Source: Candidatus Coatesbacteria bacterium
GTDB taxonomy: Bacteria; RBG-13-66-14; B26-G2; JAUVZD01
NCBI GenBank assembly: GCA_030602715.1
Contig: JAUVZD010000001.1
Location: 124,403-188,402 of the forward strand
Reading direction: 5' to 3'
Length of the DNA stretch: 64,000 nt
In this document: piece by piece, positions 10,051 through 19,033 of the stretch
Numbering within the stretch: position 1 is the first letter of the stretch
Layout of the letters: each line of letters opens with the position of its first letter
The notes under the pieces: generated by a model
Seen by the model: the letters and a program-made list of their open reading frames with translations, nothing else
Told to the model about the DNA's origin: nothing
Database searches by the model: none
Program-made: the position numbers and the translations under genes

Positions 10051-10882
10051 TATGCATAAGGAAGAGGTATTGAAGGTAGTCAGGCTTGCTCTGGAAGAGG
10101 ATATCGGCGGCGGGGATATCACTACCGAGCTGGTTATAGATGAAGTCGGCAAGAGCAGGGCTGAGATAATGTGCAAGGATGAAGGACGGATAGTCGTATG
10201 CGGGCATCTACCCGCCCGGCTGACATTTGCCGAGCTGGATGCGGACTGCTCATATGAGGAGCTAATCCCCGATGGGGAAGAGGCGATGAACGGTCAGGTG
10301 GTCGCACGACTTTCGGGGAAGACCAAGGGACTACTTTCTGCAGAGCGTGTGGCGTTGAACTTCATCTGCCATCTGAGTGGAGTTGCCACCCAAGCCGCCC
10401 AGTTTGCGAAAAAGACTGAGCTTGTCATCCGGGATACCCGCAAGACCATCCCCGGGCTCCGTATCCTGCAGAAGTATGCGGTGCGTTGTGGGGGCTTGGA
10501 AAATCACCGTATGGGCTTGTTTGACGGGGTGATGATAAAGGATAATCACATCCGGGCGACCGGCTCCATCGCAGAGGCGGTGCGCCGTGCCCGCAAGGGA
10601 GAACCACCGAAAGTGGAGATAGAGGTGGAAGCCCAAACTATAGATCAGGTGGAGGAGGCATTAGGCGCCGGGGTGGACATAATAATGCTGGATAATATGA
10701 CCGTGGAACAGATTCGTGAAGCTGTAGCCCTAATTGAGGGACGAGCCCAGGTGGAGGTTTCAGGTGGTATAGACCTGGATAATGTAGGGGAATATGAGGG
10801 GCTGGGGATAAATTTTATCTCCATTGGGGCGCTCACCCATTCGGTGCGCGCCGCCAATCTCAGTTTGGAGTTTGTGGAATAA
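10043..10882 (+). CDS. nadC: Nicotinate-nucleotide diphosphorylase (quinolinate phosphoribosyltransferase)
   Basis: ED...GDITT, ERVALN, DTRKT.PGLR, NHRMGL.D..MIKDNH, LDNM, SGG, GALTHS. Confidence 0.96.
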   Translation: MVDMHKEEVLKVVRLALEEDIGGGDITTELVIDEVGKSRAEIMCKDEGRIVVCGHLPARLTFAELDADCSYEELIPDGEEAMNGQVVARLSGKTKGLLSAERVALNFICHLSGVATQAAQFAKKTELVIRDTRKTIPGLRILQKYAVRCGGLENHRMGLFDGVMIKDNHIRATGSIAEAVRRARKGEPPKVEIEVEAQTIDQVEEALGAGVDIIMLDNMTVEQIREAVALIEGRAQVEVSGGIDLDNVGEYEGLGINFISIGALTHSVRAANLSLEFVE

Positions 10883-10911
10883 GCTTTCCCGGTTTTATAA
10901 ACTAACAATAA

Positions 10912-10938
10912 CCCCCCCCCGCCGATGGCGGGGGGGGG
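10912..10938. repeat. GC-rich palindrome C9-GCC-GAT-GGC-G9 between convergent genes (REP-like or terminator)
   Basis: Perfect 12-bp stem with 3-nt loop; core matches the palindromes at 27138-27191 and 39163-39179. Confidence 0.7.
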
Positions 10939-10963
10939 CTTACTCATCTTTCAACTATTCTCG

Positions 10964-12967
10964 CTACCCCTCTCCCTGCGCCTCCCATAGGAGCTCGGCG
11001 ATGTCCTTGACCGCCACCTGACCCACCATATCCTTTGCCTTCAGAGCGTCCTCAAACATAGTCATACAGAAACCGCAGGCGGTAACCACCGTCTGAGGGT
11101 CTTTCCCCATAAGCTCCTCCATGCGCATCTCGTTTATCCGCTTGCCGATTTCCTCCTCCAACCACATGCGCCCCCCGCCACCCCCACAGCAGAAGCTCTT
11201 GCGGTGGTGCTGGAGAGCTTCATCAAGCACTACACCAGGTATTGCTTCTAGTATCTTCCTCGGTTCGGCGTAGATGTCGTTGTAGCGCCCCAGGTAGCAG
11301 GAGTCGTGATAGATGACCCTGCCGGGTTTGCCTCCATTATTGCAGGGGGTCAGCTTTCCATCTAATAGCAAGTCCGCCAGAAGCTCGCTGTGATGGAAGA
11401 CCGCATATCTGCCGCCGAAGCGTGGATACTCGTTCTTGATGGTGTTGTAGCCATGGGGGCAGATGGTGACGATTCTGCGAACATCATATGCATTGAAGGT
11501 CTCAATATTCTCCAGCATCAGCATATAGGAGAGATATTCGTTTCCAGCCCGGCGGGCGTTGTCCCCACAGCATTTCTCCTCCCCTCCCAAAATGCCCAGC
11601 TTGATTCCCGCCCGCTGACAGAGGCGAACGAAGTCGCAAGCAACCCTCTTAGCCCTCTCGTCAAAACTACCCATACAACCCACATAGAAGAGATAGTCCA
11701 CATCGGCATCCTCGGCAAGGGTCTTGACGCCCAACTCCTCAGCCCACTTGCCACGCTCCGCCCAGCCCAAGCCCCAGGGATTGGAGTTGGTCTCCATATT
11801 TTTGAAGGTGAGTTGAAGCTCCTTGGGGAAGGCGCTCTGCATAAGCACCTGCTCCCGGCGCACCTCCACAATCTTGGGGAGGTGTTCAATTAGAATAGGG
11901 CACTGCTCCATGCAGGCTCGGCAGGTGGTGCAAGCCCAAAGCTCCTCCGGCTCTATGCTCGTGGGGATAATTAGGGCATCATCTGGAGGTCCCTCATCCC
12001 CCGCCTTGGCTATCTTCGCTCCCCATCTGTGGAGATTATCGCGCAGGTCTATAATAATATTCTTGGGGGAGAGGGGCTTCTCGCTGGCATGAGCCGGGCA
12101 GGCGTCCTCACAGCGCCCACAACGGGTGCATGCCTCCAAATCCAGCAGGTCCTTCCAGGTAAGTTGATTGACGGTCGCCGCCCCGAAGGTCTCCGCCTGC
12201 TCCAGGTCCTCGGTTGGGGGAAGCTCCCCCTTGGGCAAGGAGGAGCGGAAGAAGACGGATGCGGGGGAGGTGAAGATGTGGCGGAGTTTGGAGAAGGGGA
12301 TGTAGGCAATGAAGGCGAAGGAGAGAGCCATATGCACCCACCACATTATCTGATGGAGGGTCAGTATAGAGCTTTTTCCCAATCCCTCAAAGATGGGAGC
12401 AATTGTCCAGCCGACTGTGGACCAGACCTCAAAGGGGGGCTTGAGGACGGCTATGCGCAGGGCTTCCACAATGAAGCCGGTGATCACGACCAAAGCGATG
12501 AGGCTCAAGATGACCCCATCCTCCCACATCCGGTCCAGATATTTTGGACGCAGAATATACCTGCGGACGGCGGCGATGATTATCCCCACCAGGACAGCGA
12601 AGCCTAATATGTCCAGGAGAAATGATAGGATGAGATAGAACCAACCTTTGATTTCAAAGAGGTGGAAGAGAACATGCAGGGCTTCCAGCATGGTGCCCAC
12701 CAGGAGGACCAGGAAGCCGAAGAAGACCATCCCGTGAGCGATGCCGATTAGCGGTGATTTAAACACCCGCCATTGACCAAGAACATAGAGTAGTTTATCC
12801 TTAAGGCGACTACCTAGATGGTCAAGTCTATTATCCGGCTTGCCGAGGGCTATCAGGCGGAATATGCGGATGAATCCCCAGATAAAGAGCGCTATGGGGA
12901 TTATTACCAGAATATAGACCAGGTTGTGATAGGGTATGTTCCAGTAGATGATACGGGTTGGTTCCAT
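10964..12967 (-). CDS. Membrane-bound Fe-S oxidoreductase, FadF/HdrF-like (NarI-like TM + 2x4Fe-4S + 2 CCG domains)
   Basis: N-terminal TMs with His (WWVH, KLRH), CTRCGRCEDACP, CTTCRACMEQCP, EKCCG, YHDSCYLGR, CCGGGGG. Confidence 0.92.
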   Translation of the reverse strand: MEPTRIIYWNIPYHNLVYILVIIPIALFIWGFIRIFRLIALGKPDNRLDHLGSRLKDKLLYVLGQWRVFKSPLIGIAHGMVFFGFLVLLVGTMLEALHVLFHLFEIKGWFYLILSFLLDILGFAVLVGIIIAAVRRYILRPKYLDRMWEDGVILSLIALVVITGFIVEALRIAVLKPPFEVWSTVGWTIAPIFEGLGKSSILTLHQIMWWVHMALSFAFIAYIPFSKLRHIFTSPASVFFRSSLPKGELPPTEDLEQAETFGAATVNQLTWKDLLDLEACTRCGRCEDACPAHASEKPLSPKNIIIDLRDNLHRWGAKIAKAGDEGPPDDALIIPTSIEPEELWACTTCRACMEQCPILIEHLPKIVEVRREQVLMQSAFPKELQLTFKNMETNSNPWGLGWAERGKWAEELGVKTLAEDADVDYLFYVGCMGSFDERAKRVACDFVRLCQRAGIKLGILGGEEKCCGDNARRAGNEYLSYMLMLENIETFNAYDVRRIVTICPHGYNTIKNEYPRFGGRYAVFHHSELLADLLLDGKLTPCNNGGKPGRVIYHDSCYLGRYNDIYAEPRKILEAIPGVVLDEALQHHRKSFCCGGGGGRMWLEEEIGKRINEMRMEELMGKDPQTVVTACGFCMTMFEDALKAKDMVGQVAVKDIAELLWEAQGEG

Positions 12968-12995
12968 ATCTACACCTCGTAATGGCTGGTTGGGA

Positions 12996-13979
12996 TCAGC
13001 CCATCTCCTTTCTCAATTCCTCGGTGAGGACGGGGACTATTTTAAAGAGGTCGCCCACGACTCCCAGGTCGGCGATCTTGAAGATGTCCGCATCCGGGTT
13101 GTTATTGATAGCCACGATGCACTTGGATGTGGACATGCCGGCGCGGTGCTGGATTGCCCCGGAGATGCCGCAGGCGATATACAGGTTGGGTGAGACGGTC
13201 TTTCCGGTCTGACCTACCTGATGGGGTTGGGAGATAAAATCCTCATCCACTGCGGCTCGGGAGGCTCCGACTGCGGCTCCCAGGACTTTAGCCAGCTCAC
13301 GAATAATCTGAAAATTCTCCGCATTTCTCATACCCCGTCCACCGGAGACGATGATGTCTGCTTCCGTCAAATTGACCTCGGCATCACCAACGATGGTCTC
13401 CAAAATTTTGGTCTTTATCACATCCTCGCCGAAATCCGCAGAAATCCTCTCCACATCTGCCTTCCTGGATTCATCGGGGGTGGGGGAGGGGAAGACATTG
13501 GGGCGGATGGTGGCAATCTGGGGCTCACCACTGGTCTCCACCTGGGCGATTATCTTGCCGGCATACATCGGTCGGGTGAAGATAATTCTTTGATTATCGG
13601 TCATTTCCAGGCCGGTGCAGTCGCTTGCCGAGCCAACTCCCAGCTTGGCTGCCACTTTGGGGGCGAGGTCCTTTCCTCGGGCTGTAGCTGGGAAGAAGAT
13701 AGCCAGTGGCTTGTATTCACTGGCAAGGTCGGCAATTATTGTGGCGTATACTTCTGTGGAGTAGTCCTTAACTACATCATCGGCGCAGAGGATGATGTGG
13801 TCGGCGCCAGTGTGGCCCAATTTTGCTGTATTACTCTCCTCTATGGGACCGATAGCCAGTGCGGTTACATCACCGCCGGTTTTGTATGCTAATTTTCTGG
13901 CCAAGCCCAGGAGCTCAAAGGCTACTTTTCTGAACTCGGAGCCGGAAAGCTCTGCAAAGACCCAAAAGTTCCTTGCCAT
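12996..13979 (-). CDS. etfA: Electron transfer flavoprotein alpha subunit
   Basis: VSGGRG, GASRAAVD, QVGQTGKTV.P.LYIACGISGAIQH.AGM; GGAGG RBS before ATG 13979. Confidence 0.96.
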   Translation of the reverse strand: MARNFWVFAELSGSEFRKVAFELLGLARKLAYKTGGDVTALAIGPIEESNTAKLGHTGADHIILCADDVVKDYSTEVYATIIADLASEYKPLAIFFPATARGKDLAPKVAAKLGVGSASDCTGLEMTDNQRIIFTRPMYAGKIIAQVETSGEPQIATIRPNVFPSPTPDESRKADVERISADFGEDVIKTKILETIVGDAEVNLTEADIIVSGGRGMRNAENFQIIRELAKVLGAAVGASRAAVDEDFISQPHQVGQTGKTVSPNLYIACGISGAIQHRAGMSTSKCIVAINNNPDADIFKIADLGVVGDLFKIVPVLTEELRKEMG

Positions 13980-14135
13980 GCAAACCTCCAAATCTATAAA
14001 TACTTAAGAATCTACTTTTAATGTAAAGCTTTGCAAAACACAAAATTTGCAGACCTTTAATATTTTACTTTGAATGTAAAACTTCAATAATATTTTGGTT
14101 GAAATTATTTATAATATTATAGCTAGAATTAACTC

Positions 14136-14930
14136 CTAAAGTAATTTCCTGGACTTTAACTCTTCAACTAACACTTTAACTACATCATCTACCTCGCCCT
14201 CCAGCTTCTTTCCCGCCTCTCTGGACGGGGGAAGTCCAAGCGATCTGACTTTTACCTTGGGGCTGGCGAGACCAGCGCTTTCCACATCCAGACCGATGTC
14301 AGCCAGGCTTTTTCGTGGGATTTCAGCCTTTTTTGCCTGCATCTTACCACGAATTGAGGGATAGCGAGGCTCGTTTAAGCCCCTGGAGCAGGTTATCACC
14401 GCCGGAAGAACCATCTCTACAACCTCATGGGAGCCGTCAACCTCTCTTCTGGCTTTGCACTTCATATCCTGAGAATCTATCTCCAGACCAACGACGAACA
14501 TCGCCTGGGGAAGTCCCAGCAACTCCGCCAAAATGGCTGGAACCTGGGCGAAATCATCGTCAACCGCCTGGCGACCGCAGAGGATGAGGTCGTGAGGTAG
14601 GGAGGAGATGAATTTGGAGAGGATTGTAGCCACCGCAAAGGGGTCGGCGCTCTCAATACCCTCATCAGTTATGTGCACCGCGGTATCTACGCCCAGAGCT
14701 AAGGCGTCCCGCAGAGCGGATTCAGACCTAGAGGGACCGACTGTGACCGCGGTGACCTTTCCCTCTCCCAGCCGTTCTCTGATGAGCAGTCCCTCCTCAA
14801 CTGCGTATTCGTCGTAGGGATTGAGGATGAAGGTGATTCCCTCCTCCAATATTCTGGAGTTATCCACGGAATCCACCTGGATGATAGCCTCGGTATCCGG
14901 CACTTGCTTGACACAGACGATTATGTTCAT
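14136..14930 (-). CDS. etfB: Electron transfer flavoprotein beta subunit
   Basis: VCVKQVPD, NPYDEYAVEE, G.QAVDDD, NEPRYPS. Confidence 0.96.
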   Translation of the reverse strand: MNIIVCVKQVPDTEAIIQVDSVDNSRILEEGITFILNPYDEYAVEEGLLIRERLGEGKVTAVTVGPSRSESALRDALALGVDTAVHITDEGIESADPFAVATILSKFISSLPHDLILCGRQAVDDDFAQVPAILAELLGLPQAMFVVGLEIDSQDMKCKARREVDGSHEVVEMVLPAVITCSRGLNEPRYPSIRGKMQAKKAEIPRKSLADIGLDVESAGLASPKVKVRSLGLPPSREAGKKLEGEVDDVVKVLVEELKSRKLL

Positions 14931-14953
14931 TCGCTCACCTCTTGTTCTCTTGA

Positions 14954-16069
14954 CTAAATTATCTGAATGACATCCCGGAGAATGTCGTAAAGAATGGAGA
15001 TGTCCTCTAACATTATATATTCATCCTTTGAGTGGGGATTGTGGAAGGCGACTCCCAGATTCAGGCAGGGGATCCCCCGGCTGTTCAGTATGCTGGCATC
15101 ACTCCCTCCGCCGGAACTCCGGCAGGAGGGCGCAAGTCCGTGGTCGGAGATTACCCTGCTCATCAGTTTAACCAAAGGAGTATCTTCGGATATTTGATAT
15201 CCGGGAAATGACTCCTCAACCTGGATATGGGCTACTCCTCCCATCTGGTCGGCGGCATCCCTGAAGGAGGCTTTTATCTCCCCGACTGTCCTATCCAGCT
15301 CCGCCTTCTCCAGGGAGCGGGCTTCGCCCTCTATCTCCACCTCCTCCATTACTATATTGGTGGCATGACCCCCCGCTATCCTCCCAAAGTTGGAGGTGGT
15401 GATAGGGGAGAGGCGACCCAAGGGCGCCTTCAACACCCCTTTGGCGGCGATGGTCAGGGCACTTATGCCCTTCTCCGGCTCTATTCCGGCGTGTGCCGGT
15501 CGTCCTTTCAATTTTAACTTTAGATTTACTGCGTAAGGTGCGGAGGTTATCATTGAACCTATCGGTCCGTTGCTGTCCAGAACCAGACCATATTTTGCCC
15601 TAAGGCGGGATATGTCCAAAGCTTTTGAGCCGAGCAGATTCTTCTCCTCCCCGACGGTGAAGACGAACTCAATGTTTCCGAAGTCCTGCGGTCTTTTTTC
15701 CACCTCGGAAAGGAGAAGCAACATCATAGCCACGCCGGCCTTATCATCAGCTCCCAAAACGGTGTCGCTTTGGGAATAGATTCGTCCATCGTCGTCTATT
15801 TTGGGGATTATGCCGTGGCAGGGTTGCGCCGTATCCATGTGGCTTAGGAGCGCCAACGGTGCATGGGCGTCGTTATTTACGGAAAATGTAACTATCAGAT
15901 TGCCACATTCCCCCCCGAAGCTCTCTCCCGCATCGTCAATCATAATGGATACATTTGACAGTCCGCTGATGTAGGTGGTTATGTAATCGGCAACCCCACC
16001 TTCTTTCCCGGTGGGGGAATATATTTGCACCAATTCAAAAAAGAGCTTCAGCAACCTATCCCTGTCCAT
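14954..16069 (-). CDS. M20 family metallopeptidase (peptidase T-like)
   Basis: SHMDT, LGADDKAG, GEE, AHAG..PEKGI, GGGSD, H...E. Confidence 0.9.
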   Translation of the reverse strand: MDRDRLLKLFFELVQIYSPTGKEGGVADYITTYISGLSNVSIMIDDAGESFGGECGNLIVTFSVNNDAHAPLALLSHMDTAQPCHGIIPKIDDDGRIYSQSDTVLGADDKAGVAMMLLLLSEVEKRPQDFGNIEFVFTVGEEKNLLGSKALDISRLRAKYGLVLDSNGPIGSMITSAPYAVNLKLKLKGRPAHAGIEPEKGISALTIAAKGVLKAPLGRLSPITTSNFGRIAGGHATNIVMEEVEIEGEARSLEKAELDRTVGEIKASFRDAADQMGGVAHIQVEESFPGYQISEDTPLVKLMSRVISDHGLAPSCRSSGGGSDASILNSRGIPCLNLGVAFHNPHSKDEYIMLEDISILYDILRDVIQII

Positions 16070-16088
16070 ATCTCATCCTGATTTGATA

Positions 16089-16117
16089 ACTGTAACATTT
16101 CTCCCATCTAAAGTCAA
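16089..16117 (-). promoter_or_regulatory. Putative sigma70 promoter for the peptidase-etfBA-fadF operon
   Basis: TTGACT-N17-TACAGT on the minus strand. Confidence 0.5.
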
Positions 16118-16145
16118 TTCAGAAAGTGTTTGGAACCCATGTGTG

Positions 16146-16174
16146 TTGACTATCTGGGGAGGAAATGCTAGAAT
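16146..16174 (+). promoter_or_regulatory. Putative sigma70 promoter (extended -10)
   Basis: TTGACT-N17-TAGAAT with TG upstream of the -10 box. Confidence 0.6.
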
Positions 16175-16214
16175 AACTAAAGATGGGATTTTTCTTTCAG
16201 GGTAGGGGGGAGCG

Positions 16215-16988
16215 ATGAAAACGACCATTGTATCGTTTATACTGGGGCTGTTCTTTCTTTCAGCGCTCGGTTCAGTTCCTCTTGCCCAAGAGACCGAAGG
16301 GACGGTTGGAGGTGGCGAGACGAACGGGGATAATGATGGGGCTGTCGCAGAGGAGCTTTCGGAAGGTGAGGCGTCCGCCGTTCGCAGGACATTAGCACAG
16401 GAGATAGGCTCAGAAGCAGAGGAGCAGGGTTATGAGGAAGGGGTGGTCTATTGCCCCATCTGTGGTCGTGTTAATGGTATCTACTCCCGATACTGCAGTT
16501 ATTGCGGTGCCATGCTTCTTGGTCAGGACAGTGAGGATAAGTTCTTTCGTTATTGCATATACTGCGGCACCAAGAACTCTCCGGAGGCAAAAAAGTGCCA
16601 GGTATGTGGTTTCTCCTTCGTTAAACCGCACGAGCTGACCGCCATCGCTGAAATTGTCTGGCGGAGAAGCTACGAATATGCTGTGAAAGGTAAGACCGGG
16701 GAGAAGCAGGCTATCGTCTTCAGTCCCGTATTTATAGCTGGGGGTCTGGCGGTCACTCTGGCGATACAGCCGCAACCAGAAGCCCATATTCTGGGCATAT
16801 TCCGATTTATGGGAATGTGTGCTACCATGGTGGGGACGGTTCGCATGGTGGTAGCCGGAATGCAATATCGCAATTATTCAAAGTATCTGAAGGAGTTGGA
16901 GGAGGAGGGAATTGAGCAGGGGTATATAGACCGCTCCACACAGGAGGTCAGAGCTAGCGCCCCACCCGCAGAGGCAATCCTTGAGTAA
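16215..16988 (+). CDS. Signal-peptide-bearing double zinc-ribbon membrane protein
   Basis: Signal peptide (..VPLA/QE), acidic linker, CPIC..CSYC and CIYC..CQVC, two C-terminal hydrophobic helices. Confidence 0.7.
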   Translation: MKTTIVSFILGLFFLSALGSVPLAQETEGTVGGGETNGDNDGAVAEELSEGEASAVRRTLAQEIGSEAEEQGYEEGVVYCPICGRVNGIYSRYCSYCGAMLLGQDSEDKFFRYCIYCGTKNSPEAKKCQVCGFSFVKPHELTAIAEIVWRRSYEYAVKGKTGEKQAIVFSPVFIAGGLAVTLAIQPQPEAHILGIFRFMGMCATMVGTVRMVVAGMQYRNYSKYLKELEEEGIEQGYIDRSTQEVRASAPPAEAILE

Positions 16989-17114
16989 CGCCCTCACAGC
17001 GGTAAACGAGGTATTCCAACTGCAGGCGGGCGTCCTCCCTGCCTTTGTTGGGCAGGGGCTTTTGCTTATGCGATCCAATTCTTTAAATAGACTTGATGTA
17101 AACCTGGACTAGCG

Positions 17115-17918
17115 GTGGTGATGGGAGCCAGATACGGACAGCATTTTTTAAGAAGCGCCAAGAAGCTGCACTGGATTATTTCCCGGGTAGAACCCTCGGG
17201 CGGTGATGATATTATTGAGGTCGGTTGTGGGCGTGGAGAAATGACCTCTTATCTGGTAAAAGAGGCGGGAACGGTATTGGGGGTGGAGATTGAACCGGTT
17301 CTATTTGCATCCCTGAATGAGAGGTTCGGCTCTCTGGAAAATGTGCGCTTGGTGAATGCTGACTTCTTGAAGTGGCAGGGACCGAACGATGATAAGACCT
17401 ACCGCCTGGTGGGGAACCTGCCCTTTTATGCCGCAACGGCGATAATAGACCAGGTGGTGGGGGACAAGGTGGCTTGGAGCGACGCCCATTTCCTCATCCA
17501 GCGAGAGGTGGCTTTGCGCATCTGTTCCCCGCCGGGAAGAAGACAGCGGGGATGGTTCAGCCTGTGGGTGCAGTCCAAAGCCGATGCTACAATCCTGGGT
17601 GATATTTCTCCCAAAGCCTTCTGGCCTAGACCCAGAGTCAACTCATCACTGCTTCGCCTGGAAAGGTTTGAAGAGCCGATGATTGCGATGGAGGACAGGG
17701 AGGGATGGAGGCGATTCTTACATGCCTGCTTCGCCCAGAAGCGGAAGACCCTGCTCAATAACTTATGTAGTGCCTTCGGAGAGAAGTTCACCAAGGAGCA
17801 GTTGAAGGGGATGATTGGCAATTTAGCGATTGATGAGCTGGTCAGGGCTGAGGCTCTGGAGCTGGGTCTTATGTTGGATCTGTTTAATGGATTCGTTCGG
17901 GAGGGAGCGTGGTTATGA
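17115..17918 (+). CDS. rsmA: 16S rRNA m6,2A1518/1519 dimethyltransferase
   Basis: YGQHFL, EVGCGRG, VEIE, GNLPFY, Q.EVA.R, F.P.P.V.S, F.Q.RKTL.N. Confidence 0.93.
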   Translation: MVMGARYGQHFLRSAKKLHWIISRVEPSGGDDIIEVGCGRGEMTSYLVKEAGTVLGVEIEPVLFASLNERFGSLENVRLVNADFLKWQGPNDDKTYRLVGNLPFYAATAIIDQVVGDKVAWSDAHFLIQREVALRICSPPGRRQRGWFSLWVQSKADATILGDISPKAFWPRPRVNSSLLRLERFEEPMIAMEDREGWRRFLHACFAQKRKTLLNNLCSAFGEKFTKEQLKGMIGNLAIDELVRAEALELGLMLDLFNGFVREGAWL

Positions 17919-18376
17919 AGTGTCCTTTCTGCGGTGATGATAACGACCGGGTGATAGATACCCGACCCAGTGAGGGAGGGGAGGCGGTGCGCAGGCGGAG
18001 GGAGTGTCTTAATTGTGGTCGGCGCTTCACCACCTACGAACGGTTGGAGACCCTGCCGATAATGGTGCGCAAAAGGGATGGGAGCGTCCAGCCCTTTGAC
18101 CGCCAGAAGATTTTGGCTGGAATACTGAAGGCTTGCGAGAAGCGCCCGGTCAGCCTGGAGGACATGGAGAAGCTGGTAAACGACATTGAGCAGGACCTTT
18201 ACGGAAAACTGGAGCGGGAGGTGGATTCCACATACATCGGTGAGAAGGTGATAATGGCCCTGGAGAAGCTGGATGAGGTGGCTTATGTGCGCTTTGCATC
18301 GGTCTATCGCCAGTTCAAGGACATTAACCAGTTTATGAGAGAGCTGAAAAATATCCTTGATAAGCAGGAGAAATAG
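17915..18376 (+). CDS. nrdR: Transcriptional repressor NrdR
   Basis: [26 protein letters not shown] cone, [10 protein letters not shown]; ATGA overlap with rsmA. Confidence 0.97.
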   Translation: MKCPFCGDDNDRVIDTRPSEGGEAVRRRRECLNCGRRFTTYERLETLPIMVRKRDGSVQPFDRQKILAGILKACEKRPVSLEDMEKLVNDIEQDLYGKLEREVDSTYIGEKVIMALEKLDEVAYVRFASVYRQFKDINQFMRELKNILDKQEK

Positions 18377-18494
18377 GGCACAAAAATAAGAGGTGTTTTT
18401 AAATAATTTGCACTTGACCGGGAACGATATGTATGTTACTTAATGTTCATAAATTATCCGAAGTCATTAACCTTGGAAAAGAAAGGAGAGAATT

Positions 18495-18959
18495 ATGAGG
18501 AAGTTACTCTTCGTACTCTTGGCATTATCGCTCATACTGCCTGCAAGCGCAACAGCGATGAAGATTCATCCCGGAGTCGGTCTGGGATTTAGCGCTGACG
18601 GTGGGACCGTATTTTTAGTGGGGGGAAGCATGGGCTTTGAGGTTCATCCCATGTTCAGAATGGTATTTGAGGGTGGATACGGTCGGGGTGGAAATGCTAA
18701 TCATTTCTGGGCGGGTGGAGGAACCGATATATTCTTCCTCCCCAACAAGAAGTTGATCGCTCAACCCTATGCTTATGGTTCCGGTGGTTATAGGCATTCC
18801 CCCAATCAGAATGGTGGTTATGTCCGTTTTGGAGGCGGTGTTGAGTTTAACCTGAAAGCCCCGGTTATACCATACGCCGAAATTGGAGGGATAATCTATT
18901 TTGGTGGTGGAACACAAGGTGCATTCAACCTCATGGGCGGAATTCGTTTTAACATGTAA
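18495..18959 (+). CDS. Small outer-membrane beta-barrel protein
   Basis: Signal peptide (ASATA), Gly/aromatic alternating strands, C-terminal GGIRF; strong RBS and its own terminator. Confidence 0.75.
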   Translation: MRKLLFVLLALSLILPASATAMKIHPGVGLGFSADGGTVFLVGGSMGFEVHPMFRMVFEGGYGRGGNANHFWAGGGTDIFFLPNKKLIAQPYAYGSGGYRHSPNQNGGYVRFGGGVEFNLKAPVIPYAEIGGIIYFGGGTQGAFNLMGGIRFNM

Positions 18960-18974
18960 TTGTCTTTAAATCGT

Positions 18975-19010
18975 ATAAAAAACGCTGCCCTTCCAGGCAG
19001 CGTTTTTTAT
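18975..19010. terminator. Bidirectional intrinsic terminator
   Basis: ATAAAAAACGCTGCC-cttcca-GGCAGCGTTTTTTAT between convergent genes. Confidence 0.88.
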
Positions 19011-19033
19011 TGTTGGTTGGCTTTAATCTACCA

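Noticed and set aside
16989-17114. Possible ncRNA upstream of rsmA
   Set aside because: Only a CCCTGCC/GGCAGGG hairpin with a short T-run, consistent with a terminator; no recognisable RNA family.
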